64,000 nt of DNA from assembly GCA_964016885.1 (NCBI GenBank), contig OZ024746.1, positions 97,712,001-97,776,000 of the forward strand, written 5' to 3'. A model generated the notes under the pieces. That model made no database searches and was not told the origin of the DNA. It worked only from the letters and a program-made list of their open reading frames with translations. The DNA is from Eledone cirrhosa. Taxonomy: Eukaryota. The translations under genes and the position numbers were made by a program. Of the stretch, positions 1 through 13,010 are shown piece after piece (the stretch's first letter is position 1; the number at the start of each line of letters is the position of its first letter).

Positions 1-136
1 ATTGATCAGCTCAAGGTTCGAGCTGTATCGATCTAGCCCGACTCTGGAATCAAAAGCTAGTTGGAACTATGTCATCACCACAACTGAAACATCCGTCACT
101 ACTCAATAAACATATTGAAGACACAACAAATCGTCC

Positions 137-173
<37 letters not shown>

Positions 174-187
174 GATTATTATTATAT
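1..187 (+). mobile_element. Probable 3' end of a non-LTR retrotransposon with (ATT)n tail
   Basis: Unique sequence, then AATAAA at ~105, then (ATT)n at 138-186; family not identifiable. Confidence 0.35.
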
Positions 188-550
188 CCAATGGGCATCT
201 GCAGAGTTTCTCTCTAACAAATTTTACTGACAAGACATTGGTCAATTTGAGGATATAGTACAAGGCATTTGCCCAATGTACCATCCAGTGAGACTGAACC
301 AAAAATCACAAAGTTGTAAAGTGAATTCTTTAAGAAAACAGCCATAACTTGGGTAAATGCCAGTTATATTTTTATACAGAGATCACAAATTATTTTCCTA
401 ACCAGTAAGTTGATTTTGAAAACTAAATCTCATTACAATAAATGACTTGCTTTATTATATATTAAAATTACATTCTGTTTGAATAAAAAAAATAAAAAAA
501 TAGGCAATGAAAATCAAGTAGGAAGTCAATAGCTTAAAATTTCTATATTT

Positions 551-785
551 ACCCCTTTAGTTACCAATCCAGCTAAAACCAGCTCTGGTTCTATAAAATA
601 AAACCACCCATTTTAAAGGGTTCCTATATAAATTAAAATCTTCCAGTATAATTTTTTATAAGAACTGTACATTAACTTACTATTTTAGTAATGAAATAAT
701 TAATAATTTTAGTAAATCCCTCAAATTCTTCATTAATTAATTAAAATAGTATGTATTTCATTAGAAATGCAGTCATGAAAGGGTA
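551..785. mobile_element. piggyBac-type MITE family B (degenerate)
   Basis: Begins CCCTTT-AGTTACCAATCC and ends ATGAAAGGG-TAA; homologous stretches at 1354-1590, 2540-3142, 6120-6340 and 55995-57690. Confidence 0.5.
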
Positions 786-1131
786 AAACATTCATATAAA
801 TTATGAATTTTGTTTCACAATGTTTGAAAGGTTTTCAAGATTATTATTTTTGTATTGGATAAGTTAGTAGATATATTCAAGAAGTTGATTGATTCTAACA
901 GCATGATATAGAAGTTCCTGGTGCATGCTGTTAAAGTGAAAAGTACTTAAGTTATATCAATAAAAATGTTTTTAAAAGATGTAAAAATATCAATATTTCA
1001 AGATGATTTTGTAAACAGGTAATTGCTAAGATTAAAGTACTAATTGTAGCAATGGAATTTATATTATTGATTCACCAAAAAGATGCTGCACTAAATTCCT
1101 TATTGATGTCATTATAAAACAACAAAATTAA

Positions 1132-1349
1132 CCCTTTACCATTTACATTACTCTATATTTGCTATTGTATTTTCACAGTAAACGCTTTATCTTACATAAT
1201 TATCTCACAGAATATTGAATCTATGAGATTTTGATGTGTATTTTGAAAACAATACCTTAATGTAGGTATGAGCAGCCAGATACGGCTGGTTTGAACTGAA
1301 AGAGGTGAGAAAGTTCTGGCCTGATATGGTCAGTTTAAATGCCAAAGGG
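1132..1349. mobile_element. piggyBac-type MITE family A
   Basis: TTAA-CCCTTTACCATTTA...TAAATGCCAAAGGG; ~220 bp body shared with more than 10 copies in the window. Confidence 0.8.
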
Positions 1350-1599
1350 GTAACCCTTTCATTATCATATTTCTAATGAAAGACACTGCCTATAATTTTC
1401 AAATAATTTTGAAAGTAATCAAGAATTTAGAAGGATTTTGTAATATAATTAACTTCCTTATTATCAATCATGTGTTTGGGGCTTAAGATAATGGTTCTTA
1501 CGTAAAATTACGATAGAAAGTTTTAAGAAAAATATAAACACTTTAAAATAAATATTTTTGTATCATAGAACTAATGGCCATTTCAGGTAGTTTGTTATC

Positions 1600-1830
1600 T
1601 TCTTCCTCACCCACTTATTCCTGAGAGGGTCATGGGAGCAGAGGCCTCAAACACTCCTTTCAGCAGGTGCTGTCAGAAACAACCATCTCCAATTTATCTG
1701 GCTGGATCCCGAAGCAAAACTAGCCAATCTCATGGATGTTATCCAACCATCTTTCTTGGGGTTTACTCTTGGGTTTCCTGCCCACTGGTTTTTGCCTGTA
1801 AAATCTGTTGAATGATTCTTTCCTGAGACA
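1600..1830 (-). mobile_element. RTE-clade (Expander/Rex3-like) LINE 3' fragment
   Basis: Minus-strand peptide KPVGRKPKSKPQERWLDNIHEIG matches the copy at 29.6 kb; second partial copy at 1945-2070. Confidence 0.6.
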
Positions 1831-2652
1831 TGCTGCTAGCTTGGTATCAAAAGAGTTAAACAGAGAGGTATGCTTTATAAATACTTTTAGTATTAACTCC
1901 ACTTTCTTATATTTTAATCATTACTCTTCTTCTTCTTTGCCCATTTATTCCTGGGAACAGAGACCTCAGACAAACCTTCAAGAGGCTCCTATCAGAAGCA
2001 GCCATCTTCAAATGATCCAGCTGGTTCCCAAAGCATAACCAACCAGCTGATGGATGTTATCCAACTATCTTGCTCTTTACAGAGTAAAAGAGTTTTTCAT
2101 TAGAAATATAACAAAATATAAATATATAATTCTTCTGATTTAAAATGTTTGGTCTGTGTTTGAATTTACAACAGAGAGATAAAGTTAAAATTCTAGTACT
2201 TTCGTTGTTGTTTGAATCAAAGTAAAGTCTATTCAACTAATTGTCAGCTATTTCTAATAAAACAAATGAATTTCTTTGATGGTAAATATTGCTGGGAGTG
2301 ATGGGGGAATGAAGCTGAACTAACTGCTGTAGGATGTCATGGATACACTTAATAATAAACATATTTTATATATGTATGTATGTGTACATATGCATGCATT
2401 TACATACATTTAAGTGTGTGTGTTTGTGTACACACACATGTATATGTATATGTTTGTGTACACACACAATGTATTTAGGTACAGGCTTATTTTAAATAAG
2501 AGTTTTACAATTTATCTTGGGAATTCCAGCAAATAACGCTTTTACGACTGTATTTTATAATGAAATATACTATTTCAATTAATTAATTAATCAAGAATTT
2601 TGAAGCATTTAATAAGTAACTTAACATATGGTTCTTTGTTAGAAGATTTTAA

Positions 2653-3056
2653 CCCTTTGGCATTTACATTACTCTATATTTACTATTGTATTTTCACATA
2701 ATTATTTCACCTAATATTGAATCTATGAGATTTTGATATTTATTTTGAGATGAATACCTTAACATTGGTATGAGTGGACTGTTACAGCTGGTTTGAACAG
2801 AAAGAGGTGAGGATTCTGGTCGGATACGGCTGGTTTAAATGCTAAAGGGTTAAATAGGCCATACCTGGCCAGAATTCTCTCACTTCTTTCTATTCAAACC
2901 AGCCATAACCAGCCACTCATACTGACATTAAGGTATTGTTCTCAAAATAAATAATAACATCACAATCTCGTTGATTCCATTTTATTTGAGATAACTATGT
3001 GAGATAAAGCCTTTACCATGAAAATATAATAATAGAGTAATGTAAATACTAAAAGT
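2653..3056. mobile_element. Inverted pair of MITE-A copies nested in a TTAA of MITE-B
   Basis: TTAA-CCC...GGG-TTAA at 2649-2853, followed by a reverse copy to ~3056; the flanks rejoin to MITE-B sequence seen at 6240-6300. Confidence 0.7.
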
Positions 3057-3297
3057 TAATATAAATAGGAACCCTTTAAAAGGGTTGTTCTGTTTCATAA
3101 CCCCAGAGCTAGTTTGGGCTGGCTTGGTATCAAATGGGTTAAAAACAAAAGGAGTAGAAATTGTTTTAGAGTTGCTACATGTAAAATGACAATATTCACA
3201 GCAATGAAAACCATGGAAAATTGCATTAAAGAATCCCAGCTGCTATTCTAAATAGTTATTAACCTAATAACACATGTAGCCCAGTCAATAGATATAT

Positions 3298-3514
3298 AAT
3301 GGTTTCTACTATAGGCATGAGGCCCACATTTTTGGGGGCAAGGGATGTTGATTAAATCGACCCCAGTACATTAATGGTACTTTATTTTATTGACCCCATT
3401 TAAGATGAAAGGCAAAGCTAACCTTGGTGAGTTTTGAACTAAGAAAGTAAAGGGCCGTAACTCTATACTGCGAACGAAGCATGTTGTCCGACGCTCTGCA
3501 GATTCTGCCAATGG
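3298..3514 (-). mobile_element. tRNA-derived SINE family A (Nin/Deu-like core)
   Basis: Reverse complement of the TTTGCCTTTCATC...GGGGTCGATAAAATAAAGTACC core and the GAGTTCAAA B-box. Confidence 0.7.
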
Positions 3515-3614
3515 AAGATAGTAAGCTATCTTGAATGTTTGCCTTAACTTCAGGGTGTTTAAAAAAAACTTGATATCAATTAAAATGTAAATATCCCAGA
3601 AACTACAAAGTCAA

Positions 3615-4091
3615 AGACGAGATTGAGCAGGTTTAATGTTGAGCAACGTAAGGTTTATTCCTCGAAATCTGTCAACATTATACCGGTCGTCTCCGACAGG
3701 TTTGTGGTTGTACCCCTGGCAGTGGAGACTTCTGGTGTCCTTGGCCCTAGGGCTACCTCCCTACTCACCACCATAGGCGCTGAGCTGGCCAGCTGTAGGT
3801 GTGAGCCCCACGAGTTTTAGTGGCTTTTCCAGTGCATCTCCCTTGCTGTGCTCTGGGGAAACTGGGGAAACGCCTTCTCCATTCTGACCGCCGGGGCTGT
3901 GGCAGAGCCCATCACGTATCATTCCATATTTAGTTGTGGTGTGTGTGTGTGTGTGTGTGTGTTTGTATATATTGCTTTTGTTTTCATTCAGCATCATGTC
4001 ATTCTTCCTTGCTTTTCTCTACTAATGAATTATATTTGGAAAAATAAAATAATTAACATAAAAAAAAAAAAGTTGAAAAAAAAAAAAAAAA
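3615..4091 (+). mobile_element. CRE-clade non-LTR retrotransposon 3' fragment with poly(A)
   Basis: Peptide FVVVPLAVETSGVLGPRATSLLTTIG...EPHEF*WLFQCISLAVL..GNAFSIL is typical of the CRE C-terminal RLE region; A-tract at 4060-4091. Confidence 0.75.
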
Positions 4092-4764
4092 TCTGTGAAC
4101 GCAGAAGTAAATATTTCGAAAAACGTTACACACTATATATATATATACACACACACTATATATATACATATATACACACACGCACACACACACCACATCA
4201 TAATGACGTAATGCAGACAGTCAGTTATAACACTAATTCCTAACATATTTTGATGTGACAACCTTGGAAACATGTCATTGATATCAAATTTTTTGAAACA
4301 CACTACATATATTTTCCCCATCTATGCTAGTCAATCTGTTTAAAAATTATTTTTAATTTTTTTTTATATCAAACCCTCTGAAATCACCTCTGTTATTTGC
4401 TTTGAATTCTTTATTATATTTATCTAAAAAAAAAAAACCCTTCCCTTATAATTTTTTGTAAGAACTTTTGTTAAGTTATGCTCTAAACATCAGCTTGATA
4501 AAGAAAAAGATATATTACTAAATCACTTGAAATTATTTGCAAAACTGTGTAAATACAGTAAAAAAAATTAAACAAAAACCTTTAAAATGTATAAACTCTG
4601 AAATGAGAGTTATATAAAGGAATGACAAGATATGCAGTATTTTTGAGAGATACTGTTTTGAGAGACTGGGAGATAGTCTCTCAGTAACCAACTAAATATT
4701 TATTGAAATAATAATACTTGCAATGCCGTCAATAGAAGTGTAATGGAAGATACTGAGATATACA

Positions 4765-4970
4765 GTCTATTTGAAACCAGCTACAAATTATAATCTTTTT
4801 GAAACCAGCTTCAAAATACAGTCATTTTGTAACCAGCTTCAAAATAAAGTCGTTTTGAAACCAGCTTCAAAATGCAGTCTTGAAACCAGTTAGGAAATAC
4901 AGTCTCTCTGTAACACTTGAGATATATAATCCCTTTGTAACAACTGAGGTATATAGTCCCTTTGAAAACA
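4765..4970 (+). repeat. Degenerate ~30-bp minisatellite
   Basis: Repeated TTTGAAACCAGCTTCAAAATACAGTC-like units. Confidence 0.6.
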
Positions 4971-5890
4971 GCTATGAGAACTCTATCAAAAACTTACAAG
5001 AGCTGCTCATAAAATGAAGCAAATGAATATTCTATGAAAACATCGTTTTCAACATTTAGCCAGTAGAATTCCTGTTTATTTTCAAAGGTTTCTTTCTGAA
5101 TTCCTCAAAAGAATCTTTCTCTTAAAGAATTATAGATCATCTGAATCCTCCACTACTTTAAAATGTCTTCTCTGCTGCAGGAAATGCAATTCTTTTGCTG
5201 GTCTTAAGTCAATTATTGTATGCATGGTAATAATAAGGATTGGGGAACTGTTTCATGCCAAGATAGATACATTTAGACAACCATTAGCATCATGTACATG
5301 TATGTATGTCTATATAAATATATATATATATGTGTGTGTGTGTAAGGATGTATACTTATACATATGAGCATGCATATATAAATGTATGTATGTATTATGT
5401 ATGAGTAAATCAGTCTTAGATAGACAAGAATAGATACTAAGATAGATAGAGAGTGGGGTAGAAAGCAAAAGAAATGCTTATAAAATATATTTCACTCTTT
5501 TCACAATCTGTGTCAGTGATAAATAAATCTCTTAACAGATTTATCATGGATATTGACAGCAAAAATGTCCCCAACTGATAGGAAGAGTTACTTGCTCACT
5601 TCACTATTTCTTTGTATTTGACCACATTTTAAAGCTATGTATTTAGAAAGAAAGGTGTATAAAAAATTCAACATTTGTTCTGCTCATTTTCTTTCTCAAA
5701 ACCAGAATAACAAGTTTAGCTATACCATCGTTGTTTAGCATCTGTTTTCCCTGCTAGCAAATGTTGGATGTTGAACATATTGGACATATCATCACAGACC
5801 AGTCAATATTTAAATAGATCCACTGATCTCCATACCATTATCTGCAGTAATCCCATATGTAAGCATAGAGATACTTTATATTACTTAAAA

Positions 5891-6083
5891 TAATTGTTTC
5901 TACTTTTGGCACAAGGACAGCAATTATCTCGGTGCATTACTGGTACTTTATTTTATCGACCCCATAAGGATGAAAGGCAAAGTTAACCTCGGAGTGATTT
6001 GAATTCAGACCGTAAAGGGCCATAACTCTATTCTGCAAAGCATGGTATCCGACCCTCTACCAATACTGCCAATCCACAGCCCT
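5891..6083 (-). mobile_element. SINE family A
   Basis: Full-length reverse copy; flanking direct repeat TATATTACTTAAAATAAT. Confidence 0.85.
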
Positions 6084-6399
6084 GTATATATATATATTAC
6101 TTAAAATAATGGCATCTAAGCATATTTCTAATGAAATATACTATTTCAATTAATGAATGAAGAATTAAGAGGGATTCACTAAAATTATTAATTATTTTAT
6201 TACCAAGATAGTAACTTAATGTAAGTTTTTTATATAAAATTATATTGGAAGATTTTAATTTAAATTGGAAACCTTTAAAAATGGTGATTTTATTTCATAG
6301 AACCAGAGGGAAATTTGGGCAGGTTGGTGTCAAAAGGTTTGATATTGCATTAATACAAAAGGAATAAGAATGTGAAATAAGAAAAATTCAAACACTCAC

Positions 6400-6435
6400 C
6401 TCTTTTGGCTGGCAAAGGTTGAGAATACTGTTTGC
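6400..6435 (-). CDS. Candidate 36-nt internal exon of an unidentified gene
   Basis: Minus strand: branch-like TCTAA, TTTTCTTTCTTTATAG | GCAAACAGTATTCTCAACCTTTGCCAGCCAAAAGAG | GTGAGT; open in all three frames; lies in non-repeat sequence. Confidence 0.5.
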
Positions 6436-6521
6436 CTATAAAGAAAGAAAAATGGCTTTTAGATAAACTATGGAAATTACATATACATTCTTCAAATATT
6501 TTAGAAAAAATTTTATTTTTA

Positions 6522-6787
6522 AACTAGCAAAAGAACCTGTCATGGCCGAGCACACCTTTCGCCATTGCAAATAAAAAAACCCTCTCTCCTCAACATGGCC
6601 ACCTTTAAATAGCCATAGAACTATGCTATTTTAGGGGAAAGCAGGATTTAAACTATATGTTGACATGTTCCAGGGAGCTAAATAACCTATGTATCAAATT
6701 TAAACAAAATTGGATGAAAACTGTGGAAATGCATTGCCTTCATGCAGACAGACAGACAGACACATTCTCGTTTATATATATAGGTGA
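6522..6787 (+). mobile_element. Non-autonomous Helitron/Helentron-type element
   Basis: Starts AACTAG, has an internal (GACA)n tract and ends TTTATATATATAG; this layout is typical of HINE/DINE-like elements. Confidence 0.5.
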
Positions 6788-6950
6788 TAATTTCTTGCAA
6801 CACTGCTAAAAGATAAAAATTAAAAATTTTAAAAAAGGTCATGTAGCCACGGGGTTTCAGATTTAGTTACATAGCACAGCACTTCAGGGAGTGCTATGTA
6901 ACTTCTTCTACTATAGCCTGGAGTTTACAACAGGAGGAAACATAACAACA

Positions 6951-7198
6951 TCGCTGATGATGTCAGAGATGTGTAACAAAAGAACTCTGAGAAACTATAT
7001 TTATATCTATATTTTCAACTGATAAATGTTGATTGTCAGCTGAATTAATTGTAGAAATATGAAACCAACCCAAACCAAACAGTGAGTGTGTTTTATTATA
7101 TATTTCTGGCAATATTATAACAACATGACCCTCCCCAAATATAACAATATCTGTTTTGACACACGGTTTCATATCAAAAGCCTTGCAAAACAAATTCT
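6951..7198 (+). mobile_element. Dispersed repeat, putative Penelope-like terminal repeat with eroded hammerhead
   Basis: Homologous to 46668-46885 and to the palindrome at 49716-49938; begins CTGATGA-TGTCA...TGTAACA-AAAG. Confidence 0.45.
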
Positions 7199-7909
7199 TA
7201 TATAACATTTATGAAGAAATGAAGAGAACTGCTATAAATCATGGAATTGGCTTATCACCAAAATATATTTCATCTTCAGGTAATATTTCAAAAGGAAAGT
7301 CAACCTAGCTCAGCCCAACCTTCTCTGCTATTTACTACAGCTGGAAGGAAATTGAAAGTGTGAGAAGCCAATCTTGGATTAACTGAGAAACAAACCTAGA
7401 TTCTCACACTCAGCTTGTCAATATTTCATCTCTCACCTGGTATTAATACTCTTCAACTCTGTTTCTGTGGGTATTTACTTTATTTTTTATGCCTAGTGAC
7501 ATGAAACAAGTTTCCTGTTTTCATTTTGTTTGAACTTTCATGTAAATACTCTTTCCCAAATAATATTATTTGTATATATATATATATATAAAACAGGAAA
7601 TGAAGAGAAAGAAGAAATTATGAGTTTCTTTTATTTATATTTCCTGGTTGCCTACATATGTCGCATTTAATATATACAAATATATTCTTTGAATAATCTA
7701 AGCTCATTAATAAATTATTGTTGTAGTTTTAAATATTTATCAATCGTTTATTTAGATTCAGATTTGTTTTTCATATATGTTCTGAACTTTCTTTACAAGC
7801 TAGTCATCCATACCTTGTTATCTTATTGCTCACAGAACAGGCATGACTGAGTGGTTAAGAAGTTCACTTTGTAATCATGAGATCCTGGGTTTAATTTCAA
7901 TGTGTAGTA

Positions 7910-8121
7910 CAGTCTGCTTGTTTTGTATGTGAACTTGAAGTATGCGAATTTATGCATCTTGAAAAATATTATTAAATATTCACTTTACGTGAATAATGCG
8001 CTATAATACGTGTGATTTTTAATATTTTTTATTTATCAGCAATACACGACTTGAAAAATGCAAATTTACTTTATACGCTGTATTTATTAATGCACCATTG
8101 CATAAAAAGCAAACACCTCTG
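7910..8121. mobile_element. Tc1/mariner (Tigger/pogo-like) MITE inserted in a degenerate SINE
   Basis: TA|CAG...TTGTTTTGTATG ... CATAAAAAGCAAACACCTCTG|TA: imperfect TIRs with TA target duplication. Confidence 0.5.
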
Positions 8122-9106
8122 TATCTTGAAATAAGGTTTTACGACACCTTCAGATTAACTCAAGCTTTGTAAGTGAAACTGAGTAGATGGAAACTGTTTG
8201 GAAGTCTGTTACATGGTTTATACCTGTAAAAACAAATACCAGCCTTGTCACATATTGTGTCATGCTGAGTAGGCTTGGGAATTATGGATAACCATGTCTG
8301 TGGAATACTCAACCATTTACACATTAACTCTTTAGCATTTACATTACTCTCTATTTACTATTGTATTTTCACAGTAAACACTTAATCGCATATAATATCA
8401 AATCTAGGAGATTCTGATGTTATTTATTTTGAGAACAATACCTTAACTCTTTAGCATTTAAACTGGTCATATACTTGGATGTTTTGGGTCTTTCACCATA
8501 AGACACTCTCACGCAAATGACCCAGTTGCCATTAATCAAACTCTGGTTTATGTTCAGGTAGCACTCCTTGCCACATTCATGGCTCACCTCTCCTGATTCA
8601 CAGCCAGTTTGAAGCAACTTCTGATGTCTTGGTAACAAACTTGATGAAACTTATTTACCAACTAGTTTGTGCAATGCAGAGCCACGTGATTGAAATATTT
8701 GGCTTTAGATTTAACCGTTTAGCATTTAAACCGACCATATCTGGCCAGAATTCTCTCACCTCTTTCTGTTTAAACTGGTCATAACTGGCCATTCATACTG
8801 GCATTAAGGTATTGTTCTCAAAATAAATAATATCAAGATCTCATAGATTTGATATTATGTGAGATAATTATGTGAGCTTCCAAACAGTTTTTGTCTACCT
8901 AATTAAACTTACAAAGTTTGGGTCAACCTGAGGCTAATGGTAAATAACACTTGCCCAGGATGTTATGTAGTGGGAGAAAACCAAGAAGAACATCATGATT
9001 GTCAAACAAACACATTAAACATCAAGCCATGTTATGTATACAATAATTGTTTCTACTTTAGGCACAAGGCCAGCAAATTACCCAGTGCATTTACATAGCT
9101 ATTATC

Positions 9107-9530
9107 AAAGTTGGATTTAGACTTTGTGGGACATGGGACACTTCAAGTGTAGGGAGTCCCTTATACATGAAAAATTAGAATACACATCAATCTGACCTCT
9201 TCAATGACTACCGATTTTTTTGTGCCTATTCTTTTTCTGGTCTTACATTTCTATTTCATTTTGTCAACAAAATGAGGTGGTCATAGATTGGTGTGACAAA
9301 AGGGGGCCCAGGGCACTTCAGGTATGTGAGGTCCCTCATACACAAAAAATTAGAATACACAGCAAACCCCCCAATTCTACATATCAAAGTAAGCTTGGCG
9401 CTAATAATTGGAGTTGAAAAGTTATACATACAGGTATTAAATTAAAAAATTCTAACCATCCTAAAACTAAAAATCCCAGCTGAGGGCACACATAAATTGC
9501 TACAGCTATCGCTGGTGGGGACCCTCTCAA
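9107..9530 (-). mobile_element. hAT-type MITE, reverse copy of 13951-14229
   Basis: ~150 bp near-identical reverse complement (TTAGAATACACAGCAAACCCCC...CTAACCATCCTAAAACTAAAAA). Confidence 0.65.
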
Positions 9531-9710
9531 TAATATGCACTTAACCTACACTTTAAGTAATTATGCTGGTGTCACAATAAAATGCACCCAGTCCATACTC
9601 TCAGGTGCAAGCACTACTGTGATGAGAAAATTACCAAATACACACTGTTAAATGATTGGCATTAGGAAAGGCATCCATGTGTAGAAAACATGTCATAATG
9701 GAGCATAGTG

Positions 9711-10040
9711 AAGGCATATGGCTTAATGGTTAAAGCTTTGGGCTTACAACAGTGAGGTTGTGGGTTCAATTCTCGGACTGGGCTTTGCGTTATGTTCTTA
9801 AGCAAGACACTTTATTTCACATTGCTCCAGTTCCCTCAGCTGTAGAAATGACTTGTGACATCACTGGTGCCAAGATGTATTGGCCCTTGGACATCATCTG
9901 TGGCGTGAAGAAGGGGAGACTGGTATGCATGGGTGACTGCTGGTCTTCCACAAATGACTTTGCCCGGACTTGTGACTCAGAGGGGAATTTTTTAGGTGCA
10001 AATCCCATGGTCATTCGTGACTGAGGGGGGTGTTTACCTT
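9711..10040 (+). mobile_element. tRNA-derived SINE family C
   Basis: A-box TGGCTTAATGG, B-box GGTTCAATTC, CORE-like segment, distinct 3' part; reverse partial copy at 45915-46075. Confidence 0.7.
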
Positions 10041-10149
10041 AATGGAGTTTATGAGTGAGACAGGATAATCTGATCTGTCAGGGCAGATAATATGACAAAC
10101 TGTATAACCCATGCAAGTAAGGATAATAGATGTGGACATAAAACAACAG

Positions 10150-10408
10150 TGGTGGCGGTGATGGTGGTGGTGACGATGATGGTGGTGGTGGTGATTACGA
10201 TCATGATGGTGATGGCGGTGATGATGGTGATGATGATGGTGATGGTGATGGTGGTGATGATGGTGGTGGTGATGGTGATGATGGTGGTGGTGATGATGGT
10301 GGTGATGGTGGCGGTGATGGTGGTGATGGTGGTGGTGGTGGTGGTGGTGGTGGTGGTGATGATGGTCATGGTGATGGTGGTGGAGAAAGTGAAGGTGAAG
10401 GTGATGAT

Positions 10409-10439
<31 letters not shown>

Positions 10440-10589
10440 GTGGTGGTGATGACGGTGATGATGATGATGGTGGTGGTGATGGTGGTGATGATGGTGGTGG
10501 TGGTGATGATGGTGGTGGTGGTGGTGATGACGATGGTGATGCTGGTGGTGATGATGATGCTGATGGTGATGGTGATGATGGTGATGATC
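10150..10589 (+). repeat. (GGT/GAT)n compound trinucleotide microsatellite
   Basis: Direct inspection. Confidence 0.95.
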
Positions 10590-10754
10590 AACTAATGATA
10601 TATTATTGTTGGATGTTACTTTGAGGAGAATATAAGTAACAATTTAAAAGTTTAGAATACAACACTGTCTAGATGAAGTGACTGTTCTACAGACACTAAT
10701 TACAGTATAGAAAGAATTCTGCTCTCAACAGTGTAGTTTCCATATTCCTTCCTA

Positions 10755-11097
10755 CATCATCATCATCATCATCATTTTACGTCCACTTTTCCCTGCTTGC
10801 AAGGGTGGGACAGAATCTGATTCTGGCTTGATTTCTACAGCTGGATGCCCTTCCTAACACCAACCTCATTTACAGTGAGTGCTGGGTGCTTTTTTGCCGT
10901 GGCACCTCCATGACCACTTTGCAGTGGAATGATATGGACCTCAGTCCCTATCATCTCATTTCTACAGCTGAGTAAATTGGAGCAATGTGAAATAAAATGT
11001 CTTGTTCAAGGAAACAACACATCACCCGGTCTGAGAATTGAACTCACAACCTTTCGATTGCAAGGCCAATGCTCTAACCACTAAGCCATGTGCCTCC
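10755..11097 (-). mobile_element. SINE family B1 (tRNA head, CORE-like segment, RTE tail), full length
   Basis: Reverse complement of 37353-37693; (CAT)n tail; an extra tRNA head follows at 11204-11263. Confidence 0.9.
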
Positions 11098-11541
11098 ATA
11101 CATATATATATACATATATATATATATATACATATATACATATATATACATATATATATATACATATATATATATATACATATATATATATACATATATA
11201 CATATTGAACTCCCAACCTTTCGATTGCAAGCCCAATGCTCTAACCACTAAGCCATGTGCCTCCATTTATTACTGACAAAGCAAGCCAGGACACAAATCC
11301 CACATGTGCAACCATTAAATTAAGCATTCTCAATATAAATATATTTTCTGGTATACAGAAATAAATCTATCTGCTAGTTCTCTCCAGTAAAAACATTCTA
11401 CAATAAAATGTTGATAAATTGAAAGAAATATTCCATGAGATTCAATATCTTTAGAAAACATAGTCATCTGTTTTATGTCCAGATTGAACAGCTTAAGATT
11501 TTTAATACAATTCTTAACGTCTAAAATCATTCATATTGAAT

Positions 11542-11542
11542 T

Positions 11543-11573
<31 letters not shown>

Positions 11574-11608
11574 TGTATGTATATATATATGTGTGTATGT
11601 ACGTATGC

Positions 11609-11689
<81 letters not shown>

Positions 11690-11746
11690 CATACATATAC
11701 ATATATATATATATACATACATATACATATATATATATATACATAC

Positions 11747-11803
<57 letters not shown>

Positions 11804-12020
11804 CATATATACATATATACATATATACATATATATATATCATCATCATCATCATCATTTCATTTTACGTCCGCCTTTTCCCTGCTTGCAAGGGTGGGAT
11901 AGGAACTGATTCTGGCTTGATTTCTACAGCTGGATGCCCTTCTTAACACCAACCTCATTTACAGTGAGTGCTGGGTGCTTTTTTGCCGTGGCACCTCCAC
12001 AACCACTTTGCAGTGGAATG

Positions 12021-12071
<51 letters not shown>

Positions 12072-12085
12072 CATACATATATATA

Positions 12086-12117
<32 letters not shown>

Positions 12118-12168
12118 CATATATATACATACATACATATATATACATACATACATATATATATATAC

Positions 12169-12215
<47 letters not shown>

Positions 12216-12508
12216 CATATATATATATACATATACATATATATATATACATATATATATATATACATATACATATATATATATACATATATATACATAT
12301 ACATATATATATATACATATATATATACATACACATATATATATATATACATATATACATATATATACATATACATATACATATATATATATACATATAT
12401 ATACATATATATACATATACATATATACATATACATATATATACATATACATATATATACATATACATATATACATATACATATACATATATATACATAT
12501 ACATATAC

Positions 12509-12563
<55 letters not shown>

Positions 12564-12564
12564 C

Positions 12565-12625
<61 letters not shown>

Positions 12626-13010
12626 CATATATATACATATACATATATATATATATACATATATATACATATATATACATATTATACATATATATATTAT
12701 ACACATATATATATATATATTATACATATATATACATATATATCATCATCATATATACATATATATATACATATATATATATACATATATATACATACAT
12801 ATATATACATATATACTTATATATACATATATATATACATATGTATATTTTTATATATATATATACATATATATACATACATATATATATATACATATAT
12901 ATATTTATATATATATATACATATATATACATATATACATATACATATATATACATATATATATATGATCGCACGTATATGCACTCATATATACCCACAT
13001 ACACACACAT
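11542..13010. repeat. Long (TA)n/(TACA)n microsatellite block containing a truncated SINE B1 (11841-12021, minus)
   Basis: Direct inspection. Confidence 0.95.

Noticed and set aside
3615-3680. FNVEQRKVY resembling a Helitron helicase motif
   Set aside because: Too short to support; no other helicase motifs nearby
10049-10595. Thr/Ile and Val/Met ORFs
   Set aside because: (GGT/GAT)n microsatellite
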